A DNA stretch of 64,000 bases from a virus, in the IMG/VR virus record IMGVR_UViG_3300022562_001652, positions 32,001 through 96,000 of that record; one strand, written 5' to 3'. How positions within the stretch are numbered: position 1 is the first letter of the stretch; every line of letters starts with the position of its first letter. The position numbers and the translations under genes are program-made. Positions 18,076-27,628 of the stretch are shown in pieces. The notes under the pieces are model-generated. The model worked only from the letters and a program-made list of their open reading frames with translations. It had not been told where the DNA came from and ran no database searches.

Positions 18076-21000
18076 CTAGTTGTTGTCTACCCGAAGACTC
18101 GTAGACCAGTTAGTAGCTGCGGGTACCGACGGATACGTAACTCCGTATGAGCCATCGTTCGTGAACTCCGTGTACATGACAGGATCCGTGGCAGCCCCTG
18201 GTACAGAAGCCACGATGCGATCGAAGATCAAGCTCCTCACGGTGATCTCGGAACTGAAGAACCACCCTTTGGTGGAGGCGAATTCCCCGCCTGTAACTGT
18301 GATCACCTCATCAGACACACTGACAACCTCAACGGTAGCACTCCCCGAGGCTGCGACGCGTAGTACGAACCAATCCACGTTGAGGGTCCCTGCGGGAGAG
18401 TCGATGAACCAGTCGTTACCATGCACGTGAAGGTTGTCGTTTACAGACGCAGTGCCCTCTGCCCAGATGTTCCAGCCATAGGCAGCAACGGACGTGGATG
18501 TCACGCTAGACGCAGTTCGATGCGTGTTGTTCGCGATCTTCAGCGAACCAATCTGGAGACCGGTCGTCGAAGACCCAACCTGAAGAAAAGAGCAGCGCGA
18601 ATTTGAGTCACCGAAACGGTTTCCTGTGATCGCACACCGCTCCAACACGGATCCGGCATCTACCGTCCCACGGAGCTTCACTCCTGCGTCGATGCACGTG
18701 ACTTGTTGGAAGTTAGCTCCTGACGAACTTGCACCGAGGAGCTCTCCTACGTTGTTCGCGATCGTCCACCTGTGAACATGTGCGTCGAGCTGGATCAGAC
18801 GATTCGGTCCTCCGTCATCCGGATCTGCCGTAGAGCCTGTGTAGACGACATTGTCGTTGGCTCGTCGAAAGGCGTTACCTTCGATCAAGGCGTCTATCTC
18901 GTAGGCCACCATGCGCAATCCGAGCCAGGTTGCCGCGCTCCCGTCGTTCGAGTAGCCCGAGTGAACGTTCCCTCTCCAGGTAGCTCTCGAAACGCCGTCC
19001 GTAGTGCTCATGGAGATGATAGGAGCTTGGAGACCTGGATAAATCGACAGAGACGCGAAGAACACGTTGCCTTCGACGATGAGGCCACCAAGCGTGAAAA
19101 CCACGCTATGTGCGACAATCGCGAACGTACCGTTCAAGAAAGTGCACCCTCGAACGACGAGTCCAGATACGTCGTAACCAGATGTCTGGAGGGCACCAAC
19201 CGTGAACCCTACCGAACTGAAGGCGCAGCTGTCCACGATGGTGTTGATCGCCGCTACGTCAAAATGGACTCCTCTGCAGCTCGACTGGTTCGATGCTGAA
19301 GCACCGACGAAGTGAGATGAAGAGATCACCAGGTTACCCGCAGTGTTACTCGCACCAGTCACCCGCACCCCGGAGAGGACGTGGTCGAATACGCAGCTAG
19401 AAACAACGACGGAACCGGCGTCGTACATCCTGACGCCTGTGTAGTTTGCCCTCCCTGCGTCGGTCAGACTCCCTCGAAAACGGCACCCTGTGACGGTCGT
19501 ACCTCGTCCGAAGTTACCATTCCTCAGGTAGATCATAGCCGTGTCGGCCGAAAGGTCCGACCCGTGCTCATACCCGAACACGAAGTAGCAACTGACGAAG
19601 CGGCCCCCGCTCCGAACCTCGAAGTCGTAATCGATCGTCACCGTCCGCTGCAGACTCCTGTTGTAGAAAGTGCAGCTATCGAACACCACCTCGCAGTTGA
19701 AGAGGGTGCCGGACGCGACGTGCACAGCACTCGTCGCCGTGTCATCGGCCGTATCGAGTGATCCCTCGAAGTAGCAGTTGAAGAAGCGAAGGTGTTCGAC
19801 GCTCGTAGCACCGGAAGTAAGGACGCTGGCTCCATCGTTGCTGACATTGCCAAACGAACTGTCGTGTGCCTCGAAGCGACCCCGTACCAGAAAGGCAGTC
19901 CCGTCGGCATCGACAGACAGATTTCGAAGAACCAGAAGGCCCCCGCTAGTGGGGGTTAGTATCTTGCGTCCTCCGAGCTGGATCATGCTGTAGGACGTCG
20001 GACCAAGAAGGCCTCGACGCCATCCCTCCAGCACGACGTCTTCCGTGCCATTCCCCTGATCGAAGGTCACATCGGCCGCGAAGTTGTCCAGCACCACACC
20101 AGGTTTGATAACGATGGTTCCGCCACCACGCGCAACCACGTCGTTATACGCCGCCTTGAGGAGAAGATCGTCGCTAGCGAAGTCAGACTGATCGAACGTC
20201 CCAAAGGAAACCACGCCGTCTCCGACGGTCACCAGATCCTTCGAAGCACGATCCACAGAATCGAGGCCCCTACGAACCTCGCTGTAGGCTCCGTAGTTAG
20301 TGGACTGTTGAGGAGGATCCACCCCACCAGGCAAGTCGTGCGCCAGCACAGACCAGACGATGGATCCATCGTTGGCGTCGGGCTGGACGGCGTTCTTGTT
20401 GTAGACGTCGACGGTGGTGCTGTTGATGTACCCCGTGATTCTGAAGACGCCGTTGTTCCCAGAGGACGCCGCGCCGGAAAGAGAGAGGCTCTGACCGACG
20501 AGTGCAGCGTTCATGCCAGAAAGTCCGGATATGCGGATGTGGCTCGTCGCCGCTCCGGTAGTGGTGCTAGCGGCAGAACCTGACAGACCACCTTGGTCTG
20601 TGAACTTGGCTCGCGCGAGCTCATAGAGCGTGCCTTGGGAGACGTCGTGGAGTGTTCTAGCAGATCCGCTCGAGGAAGAGCTGCTCGGACGAGCTGTCGG
20701 CGGTTTGACCGTTCCGATCCGGTTCTCAGTCGCTGAGCCGTCGTATGTCACGACGCCAGCAGAATTGGAAGCGATGCCCAGGAACAGCAAAGCCGTCGTC
20801 ACGCCGTTCACGGCATCGGAGGCCACCACCGTCCCTAAGGTTCCTGCCTTCACGTAGATCCCGATCGCCCCTTGGAACCTCGTGTAGGGAGTGATCGTGA
20901 ATTCCGTGAAGGGGGAAGTGGCAGGAATAGCTCTTCGCTTGGCTGCCTTGGTCGTGTCGTCGAGGTAGTAGAGGTAGACCTGGTAAGAGGCCCCACCAGC

Positions 21001-21315
21001 AGGAATCGCTACGGTGATGGCCGTCCCCTCAGGCTTGATCAGAGTCCGGCCGTCGGAATCAAGACCGACGAGCAACGTGGAATCCACACGAAGCAAACCA
21101 TCGGTTCCAGAGGTCGGGTTGACTGTGATCGACCCGCCTGCCAAGAGCATCCCCACAGGAGCAGCGGAAGAAGCCAAAGGCGTGGCCAAGACAGCCTTCG
21201 AGGAGGCGTCTGCGTAGGCTCGGGCCTGTTGCGACAGGTGGTCGGCGTCTACATGATCGAGACGTTCGTTCGCAACAAAGCGGACTCGCTCAGGGTTTTC
21301 GACTTCTCCCGCCAT
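18076..21315 (-). CDS. tailspike/receptor-binding protein with a right-handed beta-helix (pectin-lyase-like)
   Basis: Repeated xxCxF / GNxF beta-helix rungs; GGTIVIKPG; position after the baseplate genes. Confidence 0.8.
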   Translation of the reverse strand: MAGEVENPERVRFVANERLDHVDADHLSQQARAYADASSKAVLATPLASSAAPVGMLLAGGSITVNPTSGTDGLLRVDSTLLVGLDSDGRTLIKPEGTAITVAIPAGGASYQVYLYYLDDTTKAAKRRAIPATSPFTEFTITPYTRFQGAIGIYVKAGTLGTVVASDAVNGVTTALLFLGIASNSAGVVTYDGSATENRIGTVKPPTARPSSSSSSGSARTLHDVSQGTLYELARAKFTDQGGLSGSAASTTTGAATSHIRISGLSGMNAALVGQSLSLSGAASSGNNGVFRITGYINSTTVDVYNKNAVQPDANDGSIVWSVLAHDLPGGVDPPQQSTNYGAYSEVRRGLDSVDRASKDLVTVGDGVVSFGTFDQSDFASDDLLLKAAYNDVVARGGGTIVIKPGVVLDNFAADVTFDQGNGTEDVVLEGWRRGLLGPTSYSMIQLGGRKILTPTSGGLLVLRNLSVDADGTAFLVRGRFEAHDSSFGNVSNDGASVLTSGATSVEHLRFFNCYFEGSLDTADDTATSAVHVASGTLFNCEVVFDSCTFYNRSLQRTVTIDYDFEVRSGGRFVSCYFVFGYEHGSDLSADTAMIYLRNGNFGRGTTVTGCRFRGSLTDAGRANYTGVRMYDAGSVVVSSCVFDHVLSGVRVTGASNTAGNLVISSSHFVGASASNQSSCRGVHFDVAAINTIVDSCAFSSVGFTVGALQTSGYDVSGLVVRGCTFLNGTFAIVAHSVVFTLGGLIVEGNVFFASLSIYPGLQAPIISMSTTDGVSRATWRGNVHSGYSNDGSAATWLGLRMVAYEIDALIEGNAFRRANDNVVYTGSTADPDDGGPNRLIQLDAHVHRWTIANNVGELLGASSSGANFQQVTCIDAGVKLRGTVDAGSVLERCAITGNRFGDSNSRCSFLQVGSSTTGLQIGSLKIANNTHRTASSVTSTSVAAYGWNIWAEGTASVNDNLHVHGNDWFIDSPAGTLNVDWFVLRVAASGSATVEVVSVSDEVITVTGGEFASTKGWFFSSEITVRSLIFDRIVASVPGAATDPVMYTEFTNDGSYGVTYPSVPAATNWSTSLRVDNN

Positions 21316-21337
21316 GTGGGGCCTCTCCTTTTCTGTA

Positions 21338-21346
21338 ATTCTACCA
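21338..21346 (-). promoter_or_regulatory. extended -10 promoter TGGTAGAAT
   Basis: Intergenic, upstream of the AAGGAG SD of the tailspike; no -35. Confidence 0.5.
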
Positions 21347-21376
21347 TCTTCTGGAGATGTCCCACTCTTCGCCTTC

Positions 21377-22444
21377 TCACACCACTTCGAAGCGAACCAC
21401 GACCCCGGCCGCTTTCAGCACCTCCAGAATGTACTGCTTCGCGATATCCAGGAGACCTTGCCCTTGAAGATAGACACGGTCGTCATGGACAGGCGTCGTG
21501 GCCGTGTCCGACTGCTCATCGGCATCCGCAGGAGACGCTACGACGGCGTAGAACCCTGCAGGAGGCGTCGCTCCGTTCGCTCCAAGCGTAAAAGTGTCCG
21601 ACGTGTGAGAGAGAATCGGATAGAAGATCGCTCCGTCAGCAAGACGCAAGAAATAGCTGGCATACTGATCAGGAGTGAGGGACAGACCAGAATCCGTAAA
21701 GGTGTCAGGACCTACTGAAGTCGCCTCCCCGGTGACGTACCAGATAGGGGATATGTAGTCCCCTCGATAGCTGGAGGTGCTGTCTCCGGGAACCGTGACG
21801 AAGAACAGAGCCCCTGCCGTAGGCGTGTTCGAGTACGCGGACCCAACGGTGATCTCCGTTTCGTCGGATACGGCGTCGTATGTCGCGGTAGAAATCGTCT
21901 GCTCTTCCCAAGCCCCGTCGATGAGAACAGAACACCCCAAGCCAACGAGGTCGTCGGCCGCCGCGAGCGCGTTGCCCTTGGTCTGGAACACGGTGGTGGT
22001 CGCTCCATCAAGCACGACCCCCGACCAACCATGGAGGTAGGAGGCCGTCTCGTTCGTCGTTCCCAAGAGATCGAACGGAACCTCGATGATCGTCTCGTTG
22101 GGATTCACCTCGTAGACGCGCCACGGCCTTTTTCCATCTGTTACCAGGCTCCCCTGAGAACCGAACACTGCCTCGAGAAGAAAATAGAGCGTGGAAAGCA
22201 GCGTCTTGGGCCCAGGACACGCGATCGCCTGGATGATGCGTCTGTAGAGATCATCGTCGAAGGGTGAGAGATCCGGCCTGCGAATCCGGTAGTTCTGCCC
22301 AAGGGCTGTCAAAAACTTCCCGAGAGACGTGTCTACGAAGAGCATGTCTCTCAGAGAATCGACCGCGCTCTGCTCCTGCTCCGGAATCTCGGTCGAAGGC
22401 GGAACGATCGTGGGGGAGTCAAAGTAGCTACCTGAGGTAGGCAT
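21377..22444 (-). CDS. baseplate wedge protein (P2 gpI-like) with inserted beta domains
   Basis: LTALGQNY.I.RP...DDDLYRRII at the N-terminus and VLKAAGVVV at the C-terminus. Confidence 0.7.
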   Translation of the reverse strand: MPTSGSYFDSPTIVPPSTEIPEQEQSAVDSLRDMLFVDTSLGKFLTALGQNYRIRRPDLSPFDDDLYRRIIQAIACPGPKTLLSTLYFLLEAVFGSQGSLVTDGKRPWRVYEVNPNETIIEVPFDLLGTTNETASYLHGWSGVVLDGATTTVFQTKGNALAAADDLVGLGCSVLIDGAWEEQTISTATYDAVSDETEITVGSAYSNTPTAGALFFVTVPGDSTSSYRGDYISPIWYVTGEATSVGPDTFTDSGLSLTPDQYASYFLRLADGAIFYPILSHTSDTFTLGANGATPPAGFYAVVASPADADEQSDTATTPVHDDRVYLQGQGLLDIAKQYILEVLKAAGVVVRFEVV

Positions 22445-24394
22445 CTATTCCTCCTCCAATCCAAGAACGGTGATCGGGTATACAGTGAACTCAGGAGGAG
22501 CCGGCCATCCCCCATCTCTGAGAACCGTGAACTCAAACCCAGGAGTCGCGGAATCTAGAGAAACGACACCGTTGACGACTCCCTGAAAATTCGGCCCAAA
22601 CTCCGTTCCGTCGTACAGAAAGTCCCAACCCGCACGTCCAGCATAGCGAGCTCGCACGAGCATGCGGCGCATGGGCGCGCTACACAGAACGCGGAAGGTG
22701 ACAGCCGTGTAGCGGTAGACTGCCTGGCCAAGCGGAGGAGACACGAACTGGACAGTTGGCCTGTTTCCCGACCCTCCGGGGTTAATGCACGTATCGAACG
22801 CCGGCTCAGCGACACCCCACGAGAACGTTTCGACCGTCAGATGCCCTTCTGAGTCAAAAGCGTAGGCAGTCAAAGACATGTTCGCAGGCCAACCCCCTCG
22901 ATCAAAACTAAAACGCCAACCGTTCGTGATGGCCACCAAGGTGGAGTTCGTTATGTAAGCAGGCTCGAAGCCCACACCCCAAACATGAGCGAGCTCCCCG
23001 GAGTGCCCTGTAAAGGTAAAAATAGGAATGATGAACGTGATGTCGTCGTCTACGTCCGTAAAATCGACAATGATGACATCGTCTGGATCTATCGCGCCTT
23101 CCGGAGGATCGACGAGAGTGATGACAGGCGGAGAACCACTGAACTCCTCGGTTCCAGCAAACTCGAAAAAGATTCCGCCGGCTACCACTGTCCCACCATC
23201 AAGGTAGACCGACGGCGCATCGTCCGCGTTGGTTCGCCACAGACCACCAAACCCTGATGTGCCTGTGGAATAGCCCTGTTTCCACCCAGTAGGTGGGTTA
23301 GAGGTACCAAAACCAACAGCCATGATCAACATACCGTTTGCTCGATCAGACACGGGGTCATCGAGCGTGAAGGAAAACTCACCGTTGGCGTTGACCGTCT
23401 CGGCCTTGCTCTGAATGATGCCTGTACCACTCCCCACGCTAGGATCGAAGTTGGCCACCTCGATGATACGAAAATCGTGAATCGAGCCTGTAGACGAGCG
23501 TGTCAATCGTATCGTAACCGTCGACGACACAGTTGGGATCGACATCCTCCAGACGTAGTGCTTCCTGGATGTTCCGCTCGTCGCGAACGACTGCTCCACC
23601 GTGAAGGTGTACCCCGTCGCGTCGATCGTCGCAGATTGTGGATGATTGAGGCAGAAGTGAACGAAGTACTGTCTCCCTTTAATCACGTCTACGTTATGGA
23701 TGAAGACGGTAGAAGAAGCCGCTCCTGTGTCGAATGCGAAAGCAACGCGGAAACTAACAGGGTTGGCTCCGTGAAGAATCTCCACGGCGATACCACACCA
23801 TGACGTATTAGGCCCTGAGGCAGACACTGAACCAGTAGGGTCAATTCCTTCGAGAGCCTGAAGCTCTAGTCTGTTGCTAGACGCCCCAAGCTGTATGTCC
23901 AGCGTCTCTGAAAAACCCGTCCTAGGAGTAATGGCGGACGTCGTACTGGCAGCAAAGAAAGCAGCTGTACCATTACGCTGATCGGTGCCGGTAAGACCGA
24001 AAGAAAAAGAGGTTCCGGATCCTGTTCCCTTTGTAGCCGTCCCGACAGCGTTAGCCCCCCAAGTACCGGTAGTGTCAACACCGCTCCACCACTGACCACC
24101 CCAACCGATCGCCGTCTGAGAGGCACCAGCATTTATGGTGACGGCGGTCAGTGTGTCCGTGTCCATCATGGTCCGGAAAAGGCACAGCCTTCTAGTAGTG
24201 CTGATCAGGACCGTGTCTATGAAAACCCACGTCTCTCCCCCATTGCCGGTCAGCGTGGGTTGTGCCGGAGTTGTGTCGTTGGTAAGGGTTGCTACAAGAC
24301 AGACGCAGTTAGCCGGAAGCGTCATGTTCCCGACGATCGAAGAAACAGACGCCCCGCTTCCAGAACCAAGACTTCCTGAAAAAGGTGCCGTCAT
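22445..24394 (-). CDS. virion adhesin-like protein (S/T/G-rich beta domains; two C-terminal Ig-like repeats)
   Basis: N-terminal domains resemble those of 11544..15710; duplicated P.(I/V).(L/F)V.PP...GGWP unit. Confidence 0.65.
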   Translation of the reverse strand: MTAPFSGSLGSGSGASVSSIVGNMTLPANCVCLVATLTNDTTPAQPTLTGNGGETWVFIDTVLISTTRRLCLFRTMMDTDTLTAVTINAGASQTAIGWGGQWWSGVDTTGTWGANAVGTATKGTGSGTSFSFGLTGTDQRNGTAAFFAASTTSAITPRTGFSETLDIQLGASSNRLELQALEGIDPTGSVSASGPNTSWCGIAVEILHGANPVSFRVAFAFDTGAASSTVFIHNVDVIKGRQYFVHFCLNHPQSATIDATGYTFTVEQSFATSGTSRKHYVWRMSIPTVSSTVTIRLTRSSTGSIHDFRIIEVANFDPSVGSGTGIIQSKAETVNANGEFSFTLDDPVSDRANGMLIMAVGFGTSNPPTGWKQGYSTGTSGFGGLWRTNADDAPSVYLDGGTVVAGGIFFEFAGTEEFSGSPPVITLVDPPEGAIDPDDVIIVDFTDVDDDITFIIPIFTFTGHSGELAHVWGVGFEPAYITNSTLVAITNGWRFSFDRGGWPANMSLTAYAFDSEGHLTVETFSWGVAEPAFDTCINPGGSGNRPTVQFVSPPLGQAVYRYTAVTFRVLCSAPMRRMLVRARYAGRAGWDFLYDGTEFGPNFQGVVNGVVSLDSATPGFEFTVLRDGGWPAPPEFTVYPITVLGLEEE

Positions 24395-24403
24395 TTTTCT
24401 TCT

Positions 24404-25282
24404 TTAGACCTCGTCTGGAAGGAAGTCTTCGTCGCCGAAAAGACCGCCCAGATCGTTGTCGCAGCCTCCGATCGCCGTGAGTAGATTCGCCGTGAGCTCG
24501 CCGTAGGTAACATCAAAGGCAGGAGGCATGAACTGGTGTCTCATGATCTTCGCCTTGTACGTATCGTAGGAGTCCGCCGCCTCGACCAGAGGCTCGAAGA
24601 CCCGAACGAGCCCGACAGCGCCAGAAAGCGTCACCGACGCGTTCGACGCGACGGATGAAAGAGGACTCGTGTGCGGGTTCGTCTGAAGAGAGTCGACGAG
24701 CATCGCCGACGCCTGTGCCGATTCCACGCGTGATCGAATCGCCAGAAAAGGGGACGGATCGGAGAGCTTCGGCGTGAGCGAGGCATGCGTAGCTCCGAAG
24801 AAGAAAAGAGAACGTGAGTAGGCCTTGAAGCTCGACGACCCTGAGGAAGGAGTCGACACGGACGTGACGCCGGTCTGTGTGTTGGCCGTCCCCACGCTCC
24901 CTCCAGGAGCGTAATACCCAAACGGGTAGTTGACCGGATCATACAGGATATCCTGCTGCACGCCTCGACAGGCCTCTACGACGCACACCATCGGCTTGGA
25001 TGCCGAGTAGCTGAAGACGGACGAGGTAGGGCCTTCTTGATCTTCTTCATCCACACTCACGTAGTGAAGAGCGGTGAAGACGATCTGATCACCTATCTCG
25101 ATCGGGTTCGGCTCCACGACCCATGCAGACGGCGGCGTAAGCACCGTCCCCACATATCCCTGAACGACGATGTAGGCGAAGAGGAGATCTCCGGCCTTCA
25201 GGCTCTCAAAGGCAGGCGTAGCCACCTCTATTGAGGAGCCCACGACGGCGCTAGACGTGCTTCCGAGGAACTTGACCGACAT
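24404..25282 (-). CDS. baseplate-associated virion protein
   Basis: AGDLLFAYIV...TPPSAW beta domain; coupled to baseplate J. Confidence 0.6.
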   Translation of the reverse strand: MSVKFLGSTSSAVVGSSIEVATPAFESLKAGDLLFAYIVVQGYVGTVLTPPSAWVVEPNPIEIGDQIVFTALHYVSVDEEDQEGPTSSVFSYSASKPMVCVVEACRGVQQDILYDPVNYPFGYYAPGGSVGTANTQTGVTSVSTPSSGSSSFKAYSRSLFFFGATHASLTPKLSDPSPFLAIRSRVESAQASAMLVDSLQTNPHTSPLSSVASNASVTLSGAVGLVRVFEPLVEAADSYDTYKAKIMRHQFMPPAFDVTYGELTANLLTAIGGCDNDLGGLFGDEDFLPDEV

Positions 25283-27603
25283 CAGAACACGAACACGTTG
25301 GCCCCAGTGATGCGGGCCAACTGGCTATCGGCAACGGGTACGTTGGATGACGGAGACACGATCCTCACGTCCGCAACGTCGCGAAGCGCCTTCGTCCTAT
25401 GAATGATCTCGGAAAGAATGATCTCATCCCCCATGCCGAGGTTGTTCACGTAGGCCTGCACCACCTGCTTCACGAGATCGTAGAGAGGGCCAGCCGACAC
25501 ACCGGATCTTGGAAGAACAGCGATCTGGAAAGTCGGGACAATGACCGTCGGCGCCACCACGAGGACTTTCACCCCGTGAGAGCGCACACCCATGAAGTCC
25601 GCGAAGTCGGTCGGATCTCCGTTCACAGCCCGCTGGACCAAAGCAGCCAGCCCTTTAGCGAATGAGTAAGCTCCAACACTAGGAGACACGTTGTCGCCCG
25701 CCGCCACGACGGCGTCGTGGTCCAGGAGAGGATCGGCGACCTCCAAGTCCCCGTTGGCCTCGTTGAAGTTGAACCCCTCTCCAGGAACCAGAGGAAGGCT
25801 CTTTTCAGAAAAAAGAACCTGGTAGGGGCCAGATGCCGGCGTGGCTCCTCCTGCGTCGAGCGTGAAGGTATCAGCCGTGTTGGAAACGATCGTCCAGAGA
25901 TCCTCGTTTGAATCGAGCAACACACGGTTCGCATGCTCGTTCACGGTCATGGTCTGCGTGGTGTCTACGAGCGTATTGGCGCTGGTACCAGTGCTACTCG
26001 AGGAGACGTATGGGGACGAGGCGAGATCGAGAACGGCGTACGCTCCAGACGTGGGGGTACCGCCCGAAGCATCCAAAGTGAAGCGGATCGCCGTGTTCGA
26101 CAGGATCTCGTAGAACTGATCGTCCGCCGTTTTGAGGAACATCCCCGCGAAGGCGTCCGTCGTCATATTTTGCGTCGTGTCTTCCAGGTAATTCGTCCCT
26201 ACGCTCGTGGATTCGCCACGGTTCACGCTCACGTAGACGCGAGGAGTACGCGACACCAAGGGCTGCTCTTGCACGAGGAAAGGAGCGGCAGCATGAAGCC
26301 TCCCTCTCCGATCTCCGGACGTCGCATTGGAGATGAGCACGTCCCTCCCTGTAAACGTCTCTCGCTCCACGACAAAGCTCGTGGATCCGTCGGAGATGTA
26401 CAAAAGAGAGGTCCCAGTGGGAAGAACAGGCTCGATCACCTGTGCGAACCGAACCCTGCTGTTAGACACCTCGTCGTATAGACGAACAACGTGCGTTTCT
26501 ATAGAGAGCGCCGTCCTTCCTCCGAAGCTGGCTACGAAGTTCTCGATCCTCTCGGCGTACTCCTCGTCTTTCTCCCGATCGCGGCCTCCGCCTGCAGGAA
26601 GCGGGTTAGACACCACGGCGCCAGAGAAGGGTGCGGAGGTGATCTTGGAGATCGTCCCAGATCCGACGTTCGTGTCCAACCCGACCACCGAACACAGAGC
26701 GTCTACGAGCTCCGTCCAGAACTCCCCGTCACGAAGAGTGACAGCCTCCAGCGTCTCGAAGGTAACCTGCTTGGAGCTCTCCGTAGCTGGAACGTAGACC
26801 AGCGTCCCTGTGCCCACCACACGGTCACTTCCGAACGTGCTTTGAACGACCACGGTATCGGCCAGATGTGCGAACGTCGTACCAGAACCCAAGGAAAGCA
26901 CGTCTCCAGCACGAGTGAACGTCCGTGCCTCCTCCTGCGCCGTCCCCTGCTCGAAGATCACGGTTCCGGACAGGTTCCACGCTGCTCCGGTCCCAGACGC
27001 GAGGGTAGCCGTCATGCCGCCGATGCTGATGCCGCTCGCCAAGGAGCTGTGCACGGCCGCGAGAGCGACCTCTCCGTATATGGCGTGCGGGTACGCGAAC
27101 GCAGCCGGAGGCCACACTCGCGTGAACACATCTCCATTCCTAGTGAAGACCACGCGCTCGTACCGAGCCGTGCCTCTTTCCACGTCCAAGGCACCTGACG
27201 AAGGAAAGACGTCACCTTCTCCGACACCCAACGTGAAAGTGGTATCGGAAACAAGAACATCTGCAGACAGATGCCCGGATACGAGCAACGTACCGTCCCC
27301 GAACGTAACCTTGGCCGTAGACCCCTCTGCCTGAAGGCGTCGTAGGTTCTTGCGAAGGAGAGTGCCGAAATCCAAAGCCCGACGATCTAGGTCTTCGCCA
27401 CGACAGCTACGGAGACTGAAGAGCTTCGGAATCTTGGACATCTGGACATGGATGTCCGCATCGGACATGGCTGCGGCCTGCATGACGCTGAGGAGCCACG
27501 AACCTATGGTGAAGTCCGAAGTGAGACCCTGCAGCTTGCGAAAGCGCGCGACCATGTTGTCGAGCACTTCCGGGAAGGTCTTGGGTCTATAGATCGTCGT
27601 CAC
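25282..27603 (-). CDS. baseplate J/gp47-like wedge protein with four inserted domains
   Basis: SDFTIGS, GEDLDRRA, NPLPAGGGRDREKDEEY, YVNNLGMGDEIILSEI. Confidence 0.9.
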   Translation of the reverse strand: MTTIYRPKTFPEVLDNMVARFRKLQGLTSDFTIGSWLLSVMQAAAMSDADIHVQMSKIPKLFSLRSCRGEDLDRRALDFGTLLRKNLRRLQAEGSTAKVTFGDGTLLVSGHLSADVLVSDTTFTLGVGEGDVFPSSGALDVERGTARYERVVFTRNGDVFTRVWPPAAFAYPHAIYGEVALAAVHSSLASGISIGGMTATLASGTGAAWNLSGTVIFEQGTAQEEARTFTRAGDVLSLGSGTTFAHLADTVVVQSTFGSDRVVGTGTLVYVPATESSKQVTFETLEAVTLRDGEFWTELVDALCSVVGLDTNVGSGTISKITSAPFSGAVVSNPLPAGGGRDREKDEEYAERIENFVASFGGRTALSIETHVVRLYDEVSNSRVRFAQVIEPVLPTGTSLLYISDGSTSFVVERETFTGRDVLISNATSGDRRGRLHAAAPFLVQEQPLVSRTPRVYVSVNRGESTSVGTNYLEDTTQNMTTDAFAGMFLKTADDQFYEILSNTAIRFTLDASGGTPTSGAYAVLDLASSPYVSSSSTGTSANTLVDTTQTMTVNEHANRVLLDSNEDLWTIVSNTADTFTLDAGGATPASGPYQVLFSEKSLPLVPGEGFNFNEANGDLEVADPLLDHDAVVAAGDNVSPSVGAYSFAKGLAALVQRAVNGDPTDFADFMGVRSHGVKVLVVAPTVIVPTFQIAVLPRSGVSAGPLYDLVKQVVQAYVNNLGMGDEIILSEIIHRTKALRDVADVRIVSPSSNVPVADSQLARITGANVFVF

Positions 27604-27628
27604 GCCTGCCTCAGCTTTCTATTATGCC

